From the NCBI RefSeq assembly GCF_016127575.1, contig NZ_CP066019.1, forward strand, positions 960,001 through 992,000: a DNA stretch of 32,000 nt, in the 5' to 3' direction. Source of the DNA: Cupriavidus necator. GTDB lineage: Bacteria; Pseudomonadota; Gammaproteobacteria; Burkholderiales; Burkholderiaceae. The notes beneath the pieces were generated by a model. It saw nothing but the letters and a program-made list of their open reading frames with translations. It had not been told where the DNA came from and made no database searches. This document shows, in pieces, positions 1-7,672 of the stretch (position 1 is the stretch's first letter; the number at the start of each line of letters is the position of its first letter). The position numbers were made by a program, and so were the translations under genes.

Positions 1-261
1 GCCCAGTTCTTCGTTGACACCCACCATGGCCACCGTGGGCAGGTCGGCGCCGCCCATCTCCGTGGGCGCATCCAGGCCCCACAGGCCCAGTTCGCGCGAC
101 ATCGCGTCGAGCCGCGCATGCTCTTCCGGCAGCAGCGTCATCTGCCCGCCGGCGGCTTCGCGCGCCAGCACCGCGGGTTCCAGCGGGATCAGCTGCTCGC
201 GCACAAAGCGCGCGACCAGGTCCTTGAGCATCCGGTGTTCGTCGTCCAGTTCAAAGTTCAT
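1..261 (-). CDS. Acyl-CoA dehydrogenase, N-terminal fragment (5' end in window, continues past position 1)
   Basis: Not in the ORF track because it runs off the window. Reverse-complement translation from ATG at 261-259 gives MNFELDDEHRMLKDLVARFVREQLIPLEPAVLAREAAGG...LWGLDAPTEMGGADL, a typical ACAD N-terminus. AGGAGA lies about 7 nt upstream. It is 21 nt downstream of the CoA-transferase stop. Confidence 0.75.
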   Translation of the reverse strand, partial: MNFELDDEHRMLKDLVARFVREQLIPLEPAVLAREAAGGQMTLLPEEHARLDAMSRELGLWGLDAPTEMGGADLPTVAMVGVNEELG

Positions 262-282
262 GCCCTGTCTCCTGCTGATTCG

Positions 283-1473
283 TTATGGTTGGCTGACGCC
301 TTGGGCGAGGCCCAGCTCCTGCAGGACTTCGGCGGTGTGTTCGCCCAGTCCCGGCGCATGGCGGCGCAGCGACAGCGGCGTGGCCGAGAAGCGCGCGGCG
401 GGGCGCACTTCGCGCAGCGGGCCTTCGGTGGGGTGCTGCGTTTCCTGGAACAGGCCGACGGCGCGCAGGTGCGGGTGGTCGACCAGCGCGTCCAGGCCGT
501 AGATCGGCGTGGCGGGGATGTCGAGCGACTCGAACAGCGCCATCCATTCATCGGTGGTGCGCGCCGGCGTCAACTCGGCCAGGTGACCGTACAGCGCGCG
601 GATATTGGCGTTGCGCTGCGCGCGGTCGGCCACCTCGTAGCGCTCGGCCAGGTCGTCGCGGCCCACGGCGCGGAAGAAGGCTTGCCAGTGGCGCTCGGTG
701 TAGGGCAGGGCGCAGATCCAGCCGTCGCGGGTCGGCGCGGGTCGGCGCCCGCCCTGCAGCAGGCGGGCGTAGCCGGCGCCTGTGGGTGCGGGCTCGAAGG
801 TCAGGCCGCCCAGGTGCTCGGCCATCACGAACGCGGTCATGGTCTCCAGCATCGGCACCTCCACCGACTGGCCGACGCCGTGGCGCTCGCGGCACAGCAG
901 GGCTGCCAGCACGGCGTTGGCCAGGGCCAGCCCGGTAGTCTTGTCGGCGATCAGGCTGGGCACGTACTCCGGGCGATCGCCGGTGGTGGAACCCAGCGCG
1001 ACCAGCCCGCAGCCGGCCTGGATGATGTCGTCGAAGGCCGGCTTGTCGCGGTGCGGACCGTCCTGGCCGAAGCCGGTGGCCACGCAGTAGACGATGCGCG
1101 GATTGATGCGCGCCACTTCGGCATAGCCGAAGCCCAGCCGCTCGATCGCGGCTACGCGCATGTTGTGCACCAGCACGTCGGCGCTGGCGATCAGCCCGCG
1201 CAGCGCCTCGGCGCCCTCGGGGGTCTTCAGGTCGAGCACGACCGAGCGCTTGTTGCGGTTCAGCGCCAGGTAGATCGAGCTCATGCCGGCGTGCTGCGAG
1301 ACGCCGTTGGCGCGCATCAGGTCGCCCTCGGGCCCTTCGATCTTGATCACGTCGGCGCCAAAGTCGGCCAGCACCTGCGTGGCCAGCGGCCCGAGCACGA
1401 CCGCGGTGAGGTCGAGCACGCGGATGCCGTCCAGCGGGCCGGCCGGCGTGGCGCGGGTGTCTTGTTCGCTCAT
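283..1473 (-). CDS. Family III CoA-transferase (CaiB/BaiF type)
   Basis: Internal start MSEQDTRATPAGPLDGIRVLDLTAVVLGPLATQVLADFGADVIKIEGPEGD is the canonical family-III CoA-transferase N-terminus. GGAGTG lies upstream of ATG 1473. The upstream part of the 482-aa track ORF overlaps the hydratase gene and was discarded. Confidence 0.9.
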   Translation of the reverse strand: MSEQDTRATPAGPLDGIRVLDLTAVVLGPLATQVLADFGADVIKIEGPEGDLMRANGVSQHAGMSSIYLALNRNKRSVVLDLKTPEGAEALRGLIASADVLVHNMRVAAIERLGFGYAEVARINPRIVYCVATGFGQDGPHRDKPAFDDIIQAGCGLVALGSTTGDRPEYVPSLIADKTTGLALANAVLAALLCRERHGVGQSVEVPMLETMTAFVMAEHLGGLTFEPAPTGAGYARLLQGGRRPAPTRDGWICALPYTERHWQAFFRAVGRDDLAERYEVADRAQRNANIRALYGHLAELTPARTTDEWMALFESLDIPATPIYGLDALVDHPHLRAVGLFQETQHPTEGPLREVRPAARFSATPLSLRRHAPGLGEHTAEVLQELGLAQGVSQP

Positions 1474-1486
1474 CGGGGCCACTCCT

Positions 1487-2257
1487 TCAACGGCGCTTGA
1501 AAACAGGGGCGCGGCGCGCGGCCATGGCGGCGACGCCCTCGCGGAAGTCTTCGCTGCGGAACTGTCCGTGCTGGATTGCCAGTTCGCGCTGGTTGATCTC
1601 GGCGATGCGGTCGGCCAGCCCTTCGCGCAGCGTGGCGCGCGTGGATTCCACGGCCAGCGGGGCAGAGGCGGCGATCTCTTGCGCCAGGGCCATGGCGCGG
1701 GCATTGACCTGCGCCTTTTCCACCAGTTCATCGGCCAGGCCGATCTCGACCGCGTCGGTGCCGGTGATGCGCCGGCCGGTATAGAACAGCAGCGCGGCCT
1801 GCTGCTCGCCCACCAGCCGCGGCAGCGTCAGGCTCATGCCGAAACCGGGGTGAAAGCCCAGCCGGTTGAAGTTGGCGCTGAAGCGTGCCTCGGCGCAGGT
1901 CACGCGGAAGTCCGCCACCAGCGCCAGCCCCATGCCGGCGCCGATGGCGGCGCCTTCCACCGCGGCCACGATCGGCTTGCGGTTGCGGTAAAGCCTCATC
2001 GCATGCGCGTAGAAGCCGCCCGGGTCGTTGGCTATCGCGCCCTGGTCGGCGCCGCTGAAGTCGGCCCCGGCGCAGAAGGCGCTGACGCCGGACGCCAGCA
2101 CGATGGCGCGGCAGTTCTCGTTGTCGTCCAGCGCCTGCAGGGTGTCGGCCAGGCGCCGCATGATGTCGGCATCGACAAAATTGTGCGGTGGGCGGGACAG
2201 GACGATGCGGGCGACGTGGCCTTCATGGGTGACCTGGATATTGGCGTCGGCTGACAT
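1487..2257 (-). CDS. Enoyl-CoA hydratase/isomerase (crotonase superfamily)
   Basis: MSADANIQVTHEGHVARIVLSRPPHNFV...AIVLASGVSAFCAGADF...AAVEGAAIGAGMGLAL is a crotonase oxyanion-hole pattern. AGGAAC RBS-like sequence precedes ATG 2257. Confidence 0.9.
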   Translation of the reverse strand: MSADANIQVTHEGHVARIVLSRPPHNFVDADIMRRLADTLQALDDNENCRAIVLASGVSAFCAGADFSGADQGAIANDPGGFYAHAMRLYRNRKPIVAAVEGAAIGAGMGLALVADFRVTCAEARFSANFNRLGFHPGFGMSLTLPRLVGEQQAALLFYTGRRITGTDAVEIGLADELVEKAQVNARAMALAQEIAASAPLAVESTRATLREGLADRIAEINQRELAIQHGQFRSEDFREGVAAMAARRAPVFKRR

Positions 2258-2332
2258 GCGGGGCGTTCCTCTGTGGTGGATCGGCTCGGGGGCCGGGATG
2301 GACACAGTATTCGCGCCGCACGGCCGTACCGC

Positions 2333-2360
2333 TATACTCTAATTTCACTAACTGAAATTA
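2333..2360. promoter_or_regulatory. -10-like TATACT plus 8-bp-arm inverted repeat TAATTTCA-N5-TGAAATTA (candidate IclR operator)
   Basis: TATACT at 2333-2338. The perfect inverted repeat at 2340-2360 sits in the divergent IclR / hydratase-operon intergenic region, immediately 5' of the IclR start. Confidence 0.4.
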
Positions 2361-2366
2361 TTGGCG

Positions 2367-3203
2367 ATGCCGGACGCCGTGCTGCCAGAGCCCTCCACCC
2401 GCCGCGTCACGCACCAGACCGGCCGCTTTACCCGCGACACCGCGGGCAGCCAGTCGCTGGAGCGCGGGCTGGTGCTGCTGCGGGCCTTCCGTGTTGGCAC
2501 CACCAGCCTGACCAATGCCGAGCTGGCGGTGCGCACCAGCCTGCCGCGCCCCACCGTCAGCCGGCTGACGCGCTCGCTGGTGGATGCCGGCTTCCTGCGC
2601 TATGACGTGAACGAACGCGCCTACCGGCTGGCGCCGGTGGTGCTGAGCCTGGCCGATGCCTTCCACCAGTCCAGCCGCGCGCCGGACATTGCCTTGCCGC
2701 TGATGCGCAAGGTGGCCGAGGCCGGCAAGGTCAACGTGGGGCTGGCCGTGGGCGACCAGCTGGAGATGGTGTACCTGGCGTCGATCCGGCACAGCCGCGA
2801 CAGCGTGTCGCGCACGCGGCGCGTGGTGCCGGGAACCCGCGTGCCGATGGAGATGACGGCGATCGGGCTGTCATGGCTGGCGGCGCAGCCTGAGGGGGTG
2901 AGGGAGGACCTGCTGGCCGGCATCGCCGCGCGCCAGGGCGAGGACTGGATCAACATGCGGGCCAAGGTGCTGCGCGGCATCGCGCAGGCGCAGCGGCACG
3001 GCTATTGCACCGCGGCCTACCAGCCCGGGCACCTGCTGGCCGTGGGGGCCGCATTTTCCGGGCCGGACCAGCAGCTTTACGGGCTCAATATCAGCTTCCC
3101 GTTCAACGAGAGCGAGCGCAGCCGCGACAATGCCCGCTATGCGGCCCAGCTGGAGCGGCTGGTGGCGGACATCCAGGAGGCCTGGCGCCGCGCCGCCGGA
3201 TAA
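2367..3203 (+). CDS. IclR-family transcriptional regulator
   Basis: SLERGLVLLRAFRVGTTSLTNAELAVRTSLPRPTVSRLTRSLVDAGFL is an IclR wHTH, followed by an effector domain. It is divergent from the CoA operon. Start is ATG 2367 (TTG 2361 also possible). No clear SD. Confidence 0.9.
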   Translation: MPDAVLPEPSTRRVTHQTGRFTRDTAGSQSLERGLVLLRAFRVGTTSLTNAELAVRTSLPRPTVSRLTRSLVDAGFLRYDVNERAYRLAPVVLSLADAFHQSSRAPDIALPLMRKVAEAGKVNVGLAVGDQLEMVYLASIRHSRDSVSRTRRVVPGTRVPMEMTAIGLSWLAAQPEGVREDLLAGIAARQGEDWINMRAKVLRGIAQAQRHGYCTAAYQPGHLLAVGAAFSGPDQQLYGLNISFPFNESERSRDNARYAAQLERLVADIQEAWRRAAG

Positions 3204-3210
3204 TCCGGGC

Positions 3211-4089
3211 TCAGTACACCGACGGCATGCCTGCGGGCCGGTTCTTGAAGCGCCGGTGGATCCAGTAATACTGCTCCGGCATGGTGGCGATCTGGGCTTC
3301 GAGGAAGGCGTTCATGCGGCGCGAATCTTCCTCGACGCTGCCCGAGGGGAAGCCTTCCAGCGGGTCGAATATGCGCAGCCGGTAGCCGCGGTAGTCGGGC
3401 AGCACTTCGGTGGTGAAGGGCACCACGCGCGCGCCGGTCATGCTGGCCAGGCGCGAGGCCGAGGTCAGCGTGCAGGCCGGCACGCCAAAGAACGGCACGA
3501 ACACCGAATCGTTGATGCCGAAATCCATGTCCGACGCCAGCATTACCGGGCAGCCGGCGCGCAGCGTGCGCACCACCTGCTTGCCGCTGCCGCTGCGCGG
3601 GATCATCTCGGCGCCAAAGCGCCCGCGCTGCGTGCGCGAGATGTCTTCCAGCATCTGGCTGGACATCCTGGTGTACAGCGAGGCCACCGGGTGGCGCATC
3701 GAATAGAACATGCAGCCGGCCTCGATGCCGACGAAATGGAAGCCCATGAAGATGGTCGGATGCTCCGCGCACGAGGCCAGGTCGATGCGCGAGTCCAGTT
3801 CCACCAGCTTGCCCAGGCGCTCGGCGCTGCCGAACCACTGCACGCCGCGCTCCAGGTAGCTGCGCAGGACGTGGCCGAAGTGGTTCCGTGCCAGCTTGTC
3901 GCGCGTGTCTGCATCCATGTCCGGGAAGCACAGGGACAGGTTGGTATGGACAATGCGCCGGCGGCGGCTGGGGATGCGATACAGCAGCTTGCCGATCGCA
4001 TCGCCCAGGCGTGCGGTGACACCGTACGGCAGGGCGGCGACGAGCTTGAAGACTGCGATGGTGAGCGCAGCCTGGAGCCGGTGTTTCAT
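3211..4089 (-). CDS. lpxL: Lipid A biosynthesis lauroyl/myristoyl acyltransferase (LpxL/HtrB family)
   Basis: MKHRLQAALTIAVFKLVAALPY...RRIVHTNLSLCFPDM...HFVGIEAG...ASDMDFG...MPEQYYWIHRRFKNRPAGMPSVY is collinear with E. coli LpxL (HRNLELCFPEM ... [23 protein letters not shown]). The start was chosen at MKHR with upstream CCTAGGAG. LpxL versus LpxM/LpxP specificity cannot be resolved. Confidence 0.85.
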   Translation of the reverse strand: MKHRLQAALTIAVFKLVAALPYGVTARLGDAIGKLLYRIPSRRRRIVHTNLSLCFPDMDADTRDKLARNHFGHVLRSYLERGVQWFGSAERLGKLVELDSRIDLASCAEHPTIFMGFHFVGIEAGCMFYSMRHPVASLYTRMSSQMLEDISRTQRGRFGAEMIPRSGSGKQVVRTLRAGCPVMLASDMDFGINDSVFVPFFGVPACTLTSASRLASMTGARVVPFTTEVLPDYRGYRLRIFDPLEGFPSGSVEEDSRRMNAFLEAQIATMPEQYYWIHRRFKNRPAGMPSVY

Positions 4090-4605
4090 GTAGATCCTAG
4101 GAGCGGCAGCGGCGGCTCGGGCAAAGGCCCCGGGCAGGCGGCTGCGCGGCAATAATTCGGCGCCACTGGCTGGTGGCGAACGGGGTGCACCCGAACGACG
4201 GGAAGAGCGAGGGCCGGCCCCCGGCATATGCCCGGCGCCTGGCGCGGCACGGTGTGCGCGTCGGAGGCTGACAAAGCAAGGCGGGACGCCAGGGCGGCGC
4301 CCCCGGCACGGCGCGCGGGCCGAAGGGCGGCGTGGGTGCGCTATGCGTCGCTGCGCAAGCTTTCTCTGAAGGGCGCACTGTAGCACGATGGCAGCTGCCC
4401 GGCGATGACGGTTACTACCAGTAGCAAACAGGGGGAGATTATTGCAGCGCCTGGGTGATTCAGCGGAAATGCTCGGGCCGGGGCAGGGCATTTCCGACTG
4501 TGCCGGGGTGCGATCCGGGGAAGGGAAAATGGCGCTGAATAATACGCGCAGGCGGCGTCGTCACGCCTGCAATAATGACCGGCGGGATTATCGGGCAGGA
4601 ATTGC

Positions 4606-4983
4606 TCAGGGTTTTTTCAATTCGCCCAGGTAGTAATTGACCTCGGCCAGCAGGGCGCGGTGGAATTCCGCCGGCAGGACATGGTCGTCGGTCAGCGACA
4701 TCAACTGGTTGATGCGCTGGCGGAAGCGCTGCTCGGCGCTGGCGCGCGCCGCCGGCGGCAGGCCTGTGGTCAGCGAGCACAGCAGCTCGCGCATCACCAG
4801 CAGGCGCGCGCCATACTGGATCATGGCATCGCCTTGTGTCTTGAGGTTTTGCGCCAGCTGTTCCGGCATCGTCTTGCCCGGCTCGCCAGGTGCACCCGGA
4901 GCGGGAGATTCGGCGGTGTTGTGGTCATTGTTGTCGGGCGCGGCCGCGCCGGTCTTTTTTCCAAGCATGGTGATCCTGAACAT
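4606..4983 (-). CDS. Hypothetical small protein (about 125 aa), low-complexity N-terminus and predicted helical C-terminus
   Basis: GC3-rich frame. AGGGAG lies 8 nt before ATG 4983 (an alternative start MMSATA at 5056 is possible). It lies 57-130 nt downstream of the FlhC-like gene on the same strand. I recognise no family, and it is not FlhD-like by sequence. Confidence 0.6.
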   Translation of the reverse strand: MFRITMLGKKTGAAAPDNNDHNTAESPAPGAPGEPGKTMPEQLAQNLKTQGDAMIQYGARLLVMRELLCSLTTGLPPAARASAEQRFRQRINQLMSLTDDHVLPAEFHRALLAEVNYYLGELKKP

Positions 4984-5113
4984 GGGCGAGGCTCCCTGGT
5001 ACAAGCGGGGCCGGCCTGAAACGCCGGCGGCCTGGATGGCAGTAGCACTCATCATGGAAGCCTGCCGTGCACCGGACTGTGCGGCGGCAGACACTGGGAC
5101 GCCTTGCGCGGCG

Positions 5114-5725
5114 TCAGCCGGCCAACGCCGCCGGCGCGGGTTTGCGGCCCTTGCCTGCGCGCGCAGGCGGCAAGCACAGTCCGCAGACGTAGCGGTGGCG
5201 CGCATCGTCGGCCTGCACGACATACTCGCCCCGGCAGTCCCTGCAGCGCGCCAGCCGCAGCATGCCGCGCTCATAGAAGCGCACCAGCGTCCAGGCGCGG
5301 GTAAAGCTGAGCTGCGAGGCCTCGCCGGTGGCGCACAGCTGTTCGCGGTACATGCGGTAGCTGGACAAGACCGCGCGGATCCCGTCCAGGCTGCCGCGGC
5401 TGGTCATGAAGCGGTAGGCGCCAAGCAGCATCGAGGCATGGGCATTCGGGCGCCAGGAGACAAACCAGTCCGTGGAGAACGGCAGCATGCCCTTGGGCGG
5501 CGACACCCCGCACAGCTCCTTGTACAGCCGGATCAGGCGCACGCGTGGCAGAGACACTTCGGACTCCAGCACCTGCAGGCGGGCGCCCAGGCCGATCATC
5601 TCGATTGCCAGGCGGATCTGCTCAACATCCTGCAGCATGCTCTTGCCGGGACGCGGGGGCCTGGCGCGCGGAACCGGGGCCGGTGAGCCGGCCACAGCCG
5701 TGCCGGCGATATCGTGTACATCCAT
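5114..5725 (-). CDS. flhC: FlhC-family transcriptional regulator (orphan paralogue, no adjacent flhD)
   Basis: [52 protein letters not shown]...[33 protein letters not shown] matches E. coli FlhC ([53 protein letters not shown]). This includes the CxxC...CxxC zinc site. A strong GGAGGAGAACA precedes ATG 5725. Confidence 0.85.
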   Translation of the reverse strand: [203 protein letters not shown]

Positions 5726-5734
5726 TGTTCTCCT

Positions 5735-5786
5735 CCGATATATCGGGAATGGGCGCGGGCAAGCCGGTTGCTGATCCGGCTTGCCC
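5735..5786 (-). promoter_or_regulatory. Structured 5' leader of the FlhC-like gene: 11-bp perfect-stem hairpin plus SD-overlapping palindrome
   Basis: GGGCAAGCCGG-N8-CCGGCTTGCCC at 5757-5786. The palindrome CCGATATATCGG at 5735-5746 overlaps the GGAGGA Shine-Dalgarno sequence. There is no U-tract, so it is not a canonical terminator. Confidence 0.4.
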
Positions 5787-6081
5787 GGGCCTGTCACCGA
5801 TAATCATGACCCGGCGTGTCACCGTGCGCGGCACGGCTCCTCGCGGGTCCGGGGCTCAGGTTTCTCGTAGTCGAGGAGGATTTTTGGATCGATCGGGGCG
5901 TTATAACCATGACATGCATCAACAATCATATTTCCGCGATTATTGTGTGTCAGGTACGGCGCCTGGATTTAACCGTCCCCACCCCGGTGTAGGAGAAGTG
6001 CCCGCACGCTATCGGACTGACGCCGATTTCATTGGCAGGCCAATGGACTACGCTGCAAGAACACCAACGACGGAGCGACCC

Positions 6082-6291
6082 ATGGCTGCGAACTTCCTGA
6101 TCAGGCAGACGGCGCAAGGCTGGGAACTGGCGGTCGAAAGTGCCCGCAAGGGCCTGGTGCACTGCGAGGATCGCGAAATCGCCGTCAGTATCGGCATGGC
6201 TGCGGCCAGGCGGCGTGGCGTCGCGCTGATCGTGCAGGAGGAAGGGGGCGGCAATGACACCCCGAGCGGCATCACACCACTGGCTGCCTGA
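6082..6291 (+). CDS. Small DUF2188-like protein (69 aa)
   Basis: MAANFLIRQTAQGWELAVESARKGLVHCEDREIAVSIGMAAARRRGVALIVQEEGG resembles the DUF2188 pattern (GGW-x-V...T-x-x-x-A-I-x-x-A...G-x-L-x-IH). GGAG lies 6 nt before ATG 6082. Upstream in-frame codons of the 248-aa track ORF have low GC3, so they were excluded. Confidence 0.55.
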   Translation: MAANFLIRQTAQGWELAVESARKGLVHCEDREIAVSIGMAAARRRGVALIVQEEGGGNDTPSGITPLAA

Positions 6292-6339
6292 GAACAGGCC
6301 CGCCCCGCCCGATAGCGCGGTACGGCACCTGGCGTGCCA

Positions 6340-6831
6340 TCAGAACACCCCAAGCCCCAATCCCGCTGCCAACCCCTCACCCAACTCCGCGCAACGCGCC
6401 AAGTCCCCGGCTTCGATCTGCTTGGGCGCAAGGATGCGCTCCGGTGTCTGCGCATGCGTACAGACGATCAGCCCCGGCGCCACGGCGTTGAGCCGCCAGC
6501 CGGTGGCGATGCGCTCGATCTGGCGCAGCGCATTCTGGCCATCGCTGCCGGCGCAGATCATGGTGGCGTAGGGGCGGCCGTTGATGCGGTCCAGCGCGGC
6601 GTAATAGCAGCGATCGAAGAAGTCCTTCATCATCCCTGCCATGGCGGCCAGGTTCTCCGGCGTGGCGAAGAGATAGCCGTCGGCGCCAAGGACATCGTCC
6701 GGGCCTGCCTCGGCAGCGGTCTTGAGTACGACCGTGATGCCGGGCTGCTGGCGGGCCGCGCCAGCGGCGGCCTCGGCCATCTGCCGGGTGCCTCCGGTCA
6801 TGGTGTGATAGACGATCAGCAGCGTTTTCAT
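6340..6831 (-). CDS. Flavodoxin-like fold protein / NAD(P)H-dependent FMN oxidoreductase family
   Basis: MKTLLIVYHTMTGGTRQMAEAAAGAA...DGYLFATPENLAAMAGMMKDFFDR shows the flavodoxin-like FMN-binding N-terminal loop. Confidence 0.85.
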   Translation of the reverse strand: MKTLLIVYHTMTGGTRQMAEAAAGAARQQPGITVVLKTAAEAGPDDVLGADGYLFATPENLAAMAGMMKDFFDRCYYAALDRINGRPYATMICAGSDGQNALRQIERIATGWRLNAVAPGLIVCTHAQTPERILAPKQIEAGDLARCAELGEGLAAGLGLGVF

Positions 6832-6948
6832 GCTTGCGTGGGGGCGGTGTGCCGTACGCTGAAGACTGTATCACGCAGGCCGGCGACGACAGTTATCGTA
6901 GAATCCGGGGCAGCCATCCTGCGCGCCCGGCGCACGTGCCACCCCGTC

Positions 6949-7554
6949 ATGCCGAAAGCCAAAGCCCCCGCTCTTGACCGCTCCGCCAGCGAGCAGGCCA
7001 TCCAGTTGCTGGATGCCGCCACCGATCATGTTCTCGCCAATGGCCTGGGCGATCTGTCCTTGCGCAGCGTGGCGGATGCGCTCGGCACGAGCCACCGCAT
7101 GCTGATCTACTACTTCGGCTCCGGGGATGGCTTCTGGCAGGCACTGTTGCATCGCATCCGCCATGCGGAGCAGGCCGCCCGCGAGCGCGTGATGGTGGAA
7201 GGCATGGCTCCCGAAGCCGCGATGGAAGCGGCGTGGGAGCGCTATTCCGCCCCAGGCTACCTGCCGATCATGCAGCTGATGTTCGAGATCTACGGCAAGG
7301 CCATCCGCGACCGCGAGCGCTTCAGCGGCTTTCTGGAAGACGTGGTCGGCAGCTGGACAACCACGTTGGCGACGCGCCTGCAGCGCGACCTCGGCCTCGG
7401 CGCTGCCGAGGCCGGGCTGCGCGCGCGCGTGGAACTTGCCACCATGCGCGGACTGCTGCTGGACCTGGTCACCACGGGTGACCGCAAGGGCACGACGGCC
7501 GCGCTGAAGTACTTCGCCGCCAGGATGGCGGCGCTTCCCCAAACCGGCAAGTAA
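6949..7554 (+). CDS. TetR/AcrR-family transcriptional regulator
   Basis: AIQLLDAATDHVLANGLGDLSLRSVADALGTSHRMLIYYFGS is a TetR HTH. ATG 6949 is the first start downstream of the divergent flavodoxin gene. Confidence 0.9.
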   Translation: MPKAKAPALDRSASEQAIQLLDAATDHVLANGLGDLSLRSVADALGTSHRMLIYYFGSGDGFWQALLHRIRHAEQAARERVMVEGMAPEAAMEAAWERYSAPGYLPIMQLMFEIYGKAIRDRERFSGFLEDVVGSWTTTLATRLQRDLGLGAAEAGLRARVELATMRGLLLDLVTTGDRKGTTAALKYFAARMAALPQTGK

Positions 7555-7601
7555 CGGTTTTTTCCCCGGAAATCCGCGTAAACCCCGATTTTTCCCATTC
7601 G

Positions 7602-7617
7602 TGTACCACGTGGTACA
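7602..7617. promoter_or_regulatory. 16-bp perfect palindrome TGTACCACGTGGTACA (candidate operator, possibly for the adjacent TetR)
   Basis: It is exactly self-complementary. It lies 48 nt after the TetR stop and 56 nt before the Bug gene start, and overlaps a -10-like TACATT (7614-7619). Confidence 0.5.
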
Positions 7618-7672
7618 TTGCATCCCACGCCTTGCGAACGAGGCGAATCGTGGCAAACCAACAGGGTGCAAT

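Noticed and set aside
118-1500. A 460-aa plus-strand ORF. It represents a class of long ORFs: 14452-16809 (+, 785 aa), 18543-20228 (+, 561 aa), 13077-14585 (+, 502 aa), 9655-10944 (+, 429 aa), 18079-19368 (-, 429 aa), 23931-25124 (-, 397 aa), 26327-27505 (+, 392 aa), 22765-23934 (+, 389 aa), 28761-29882 (+, 373 aa), 4637-5686 (+, 349 aa) and 30470-31513 (-, 347 aa).
   Set aside because: All lie antisense to, or out of frame with, ORFs that have clear family signatures. Their translations are Arg/Gly/Ala/Pro/His-rich low-complexity strings typical of shadow ORFs in high-GC DNA, with no RBS and no recognisable motif.
5726-6048. Searched for an FlhD gene upstream of the FlhC homologue.
   Set aside because: No ORF with FlhD-like sequence or suitable size and orientation exists here. 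Only shadow ORFs are present (5622-5834, 5950-6162, 6048-6455).
5909-6081. A short ORF (ATG 5909, about 27 codons) and longer in-frame N-terminal extensions (ATG 5914 or 6043) of the DUF2188-like gene, in the AT-rich region upstream of 6082.
   Set aside because: There is no Shine-Dalgarno sequence, and third-position GC drops sharply compared with real genes here. The region is better explained as the divergent promoter/leader region for the FlhC-like and DUF2188-like genes.
6861-6887. A CTGT...ACAG pair in the flavodoxin/TetR intergenic region that at first glance looked like a LexA box.
   Set aside because: The spacer is about 19 nt rather than 8, so it does not fit the CTGT-N8-ACAG SOS operator.
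7545-7575. A possible terminator after the TetR gene (T-run cggttttttcccc).
   Set aside because: Only a roughly 4-bp stem (ACCG/CGGT) precedes the T-run, which is too weak to call.
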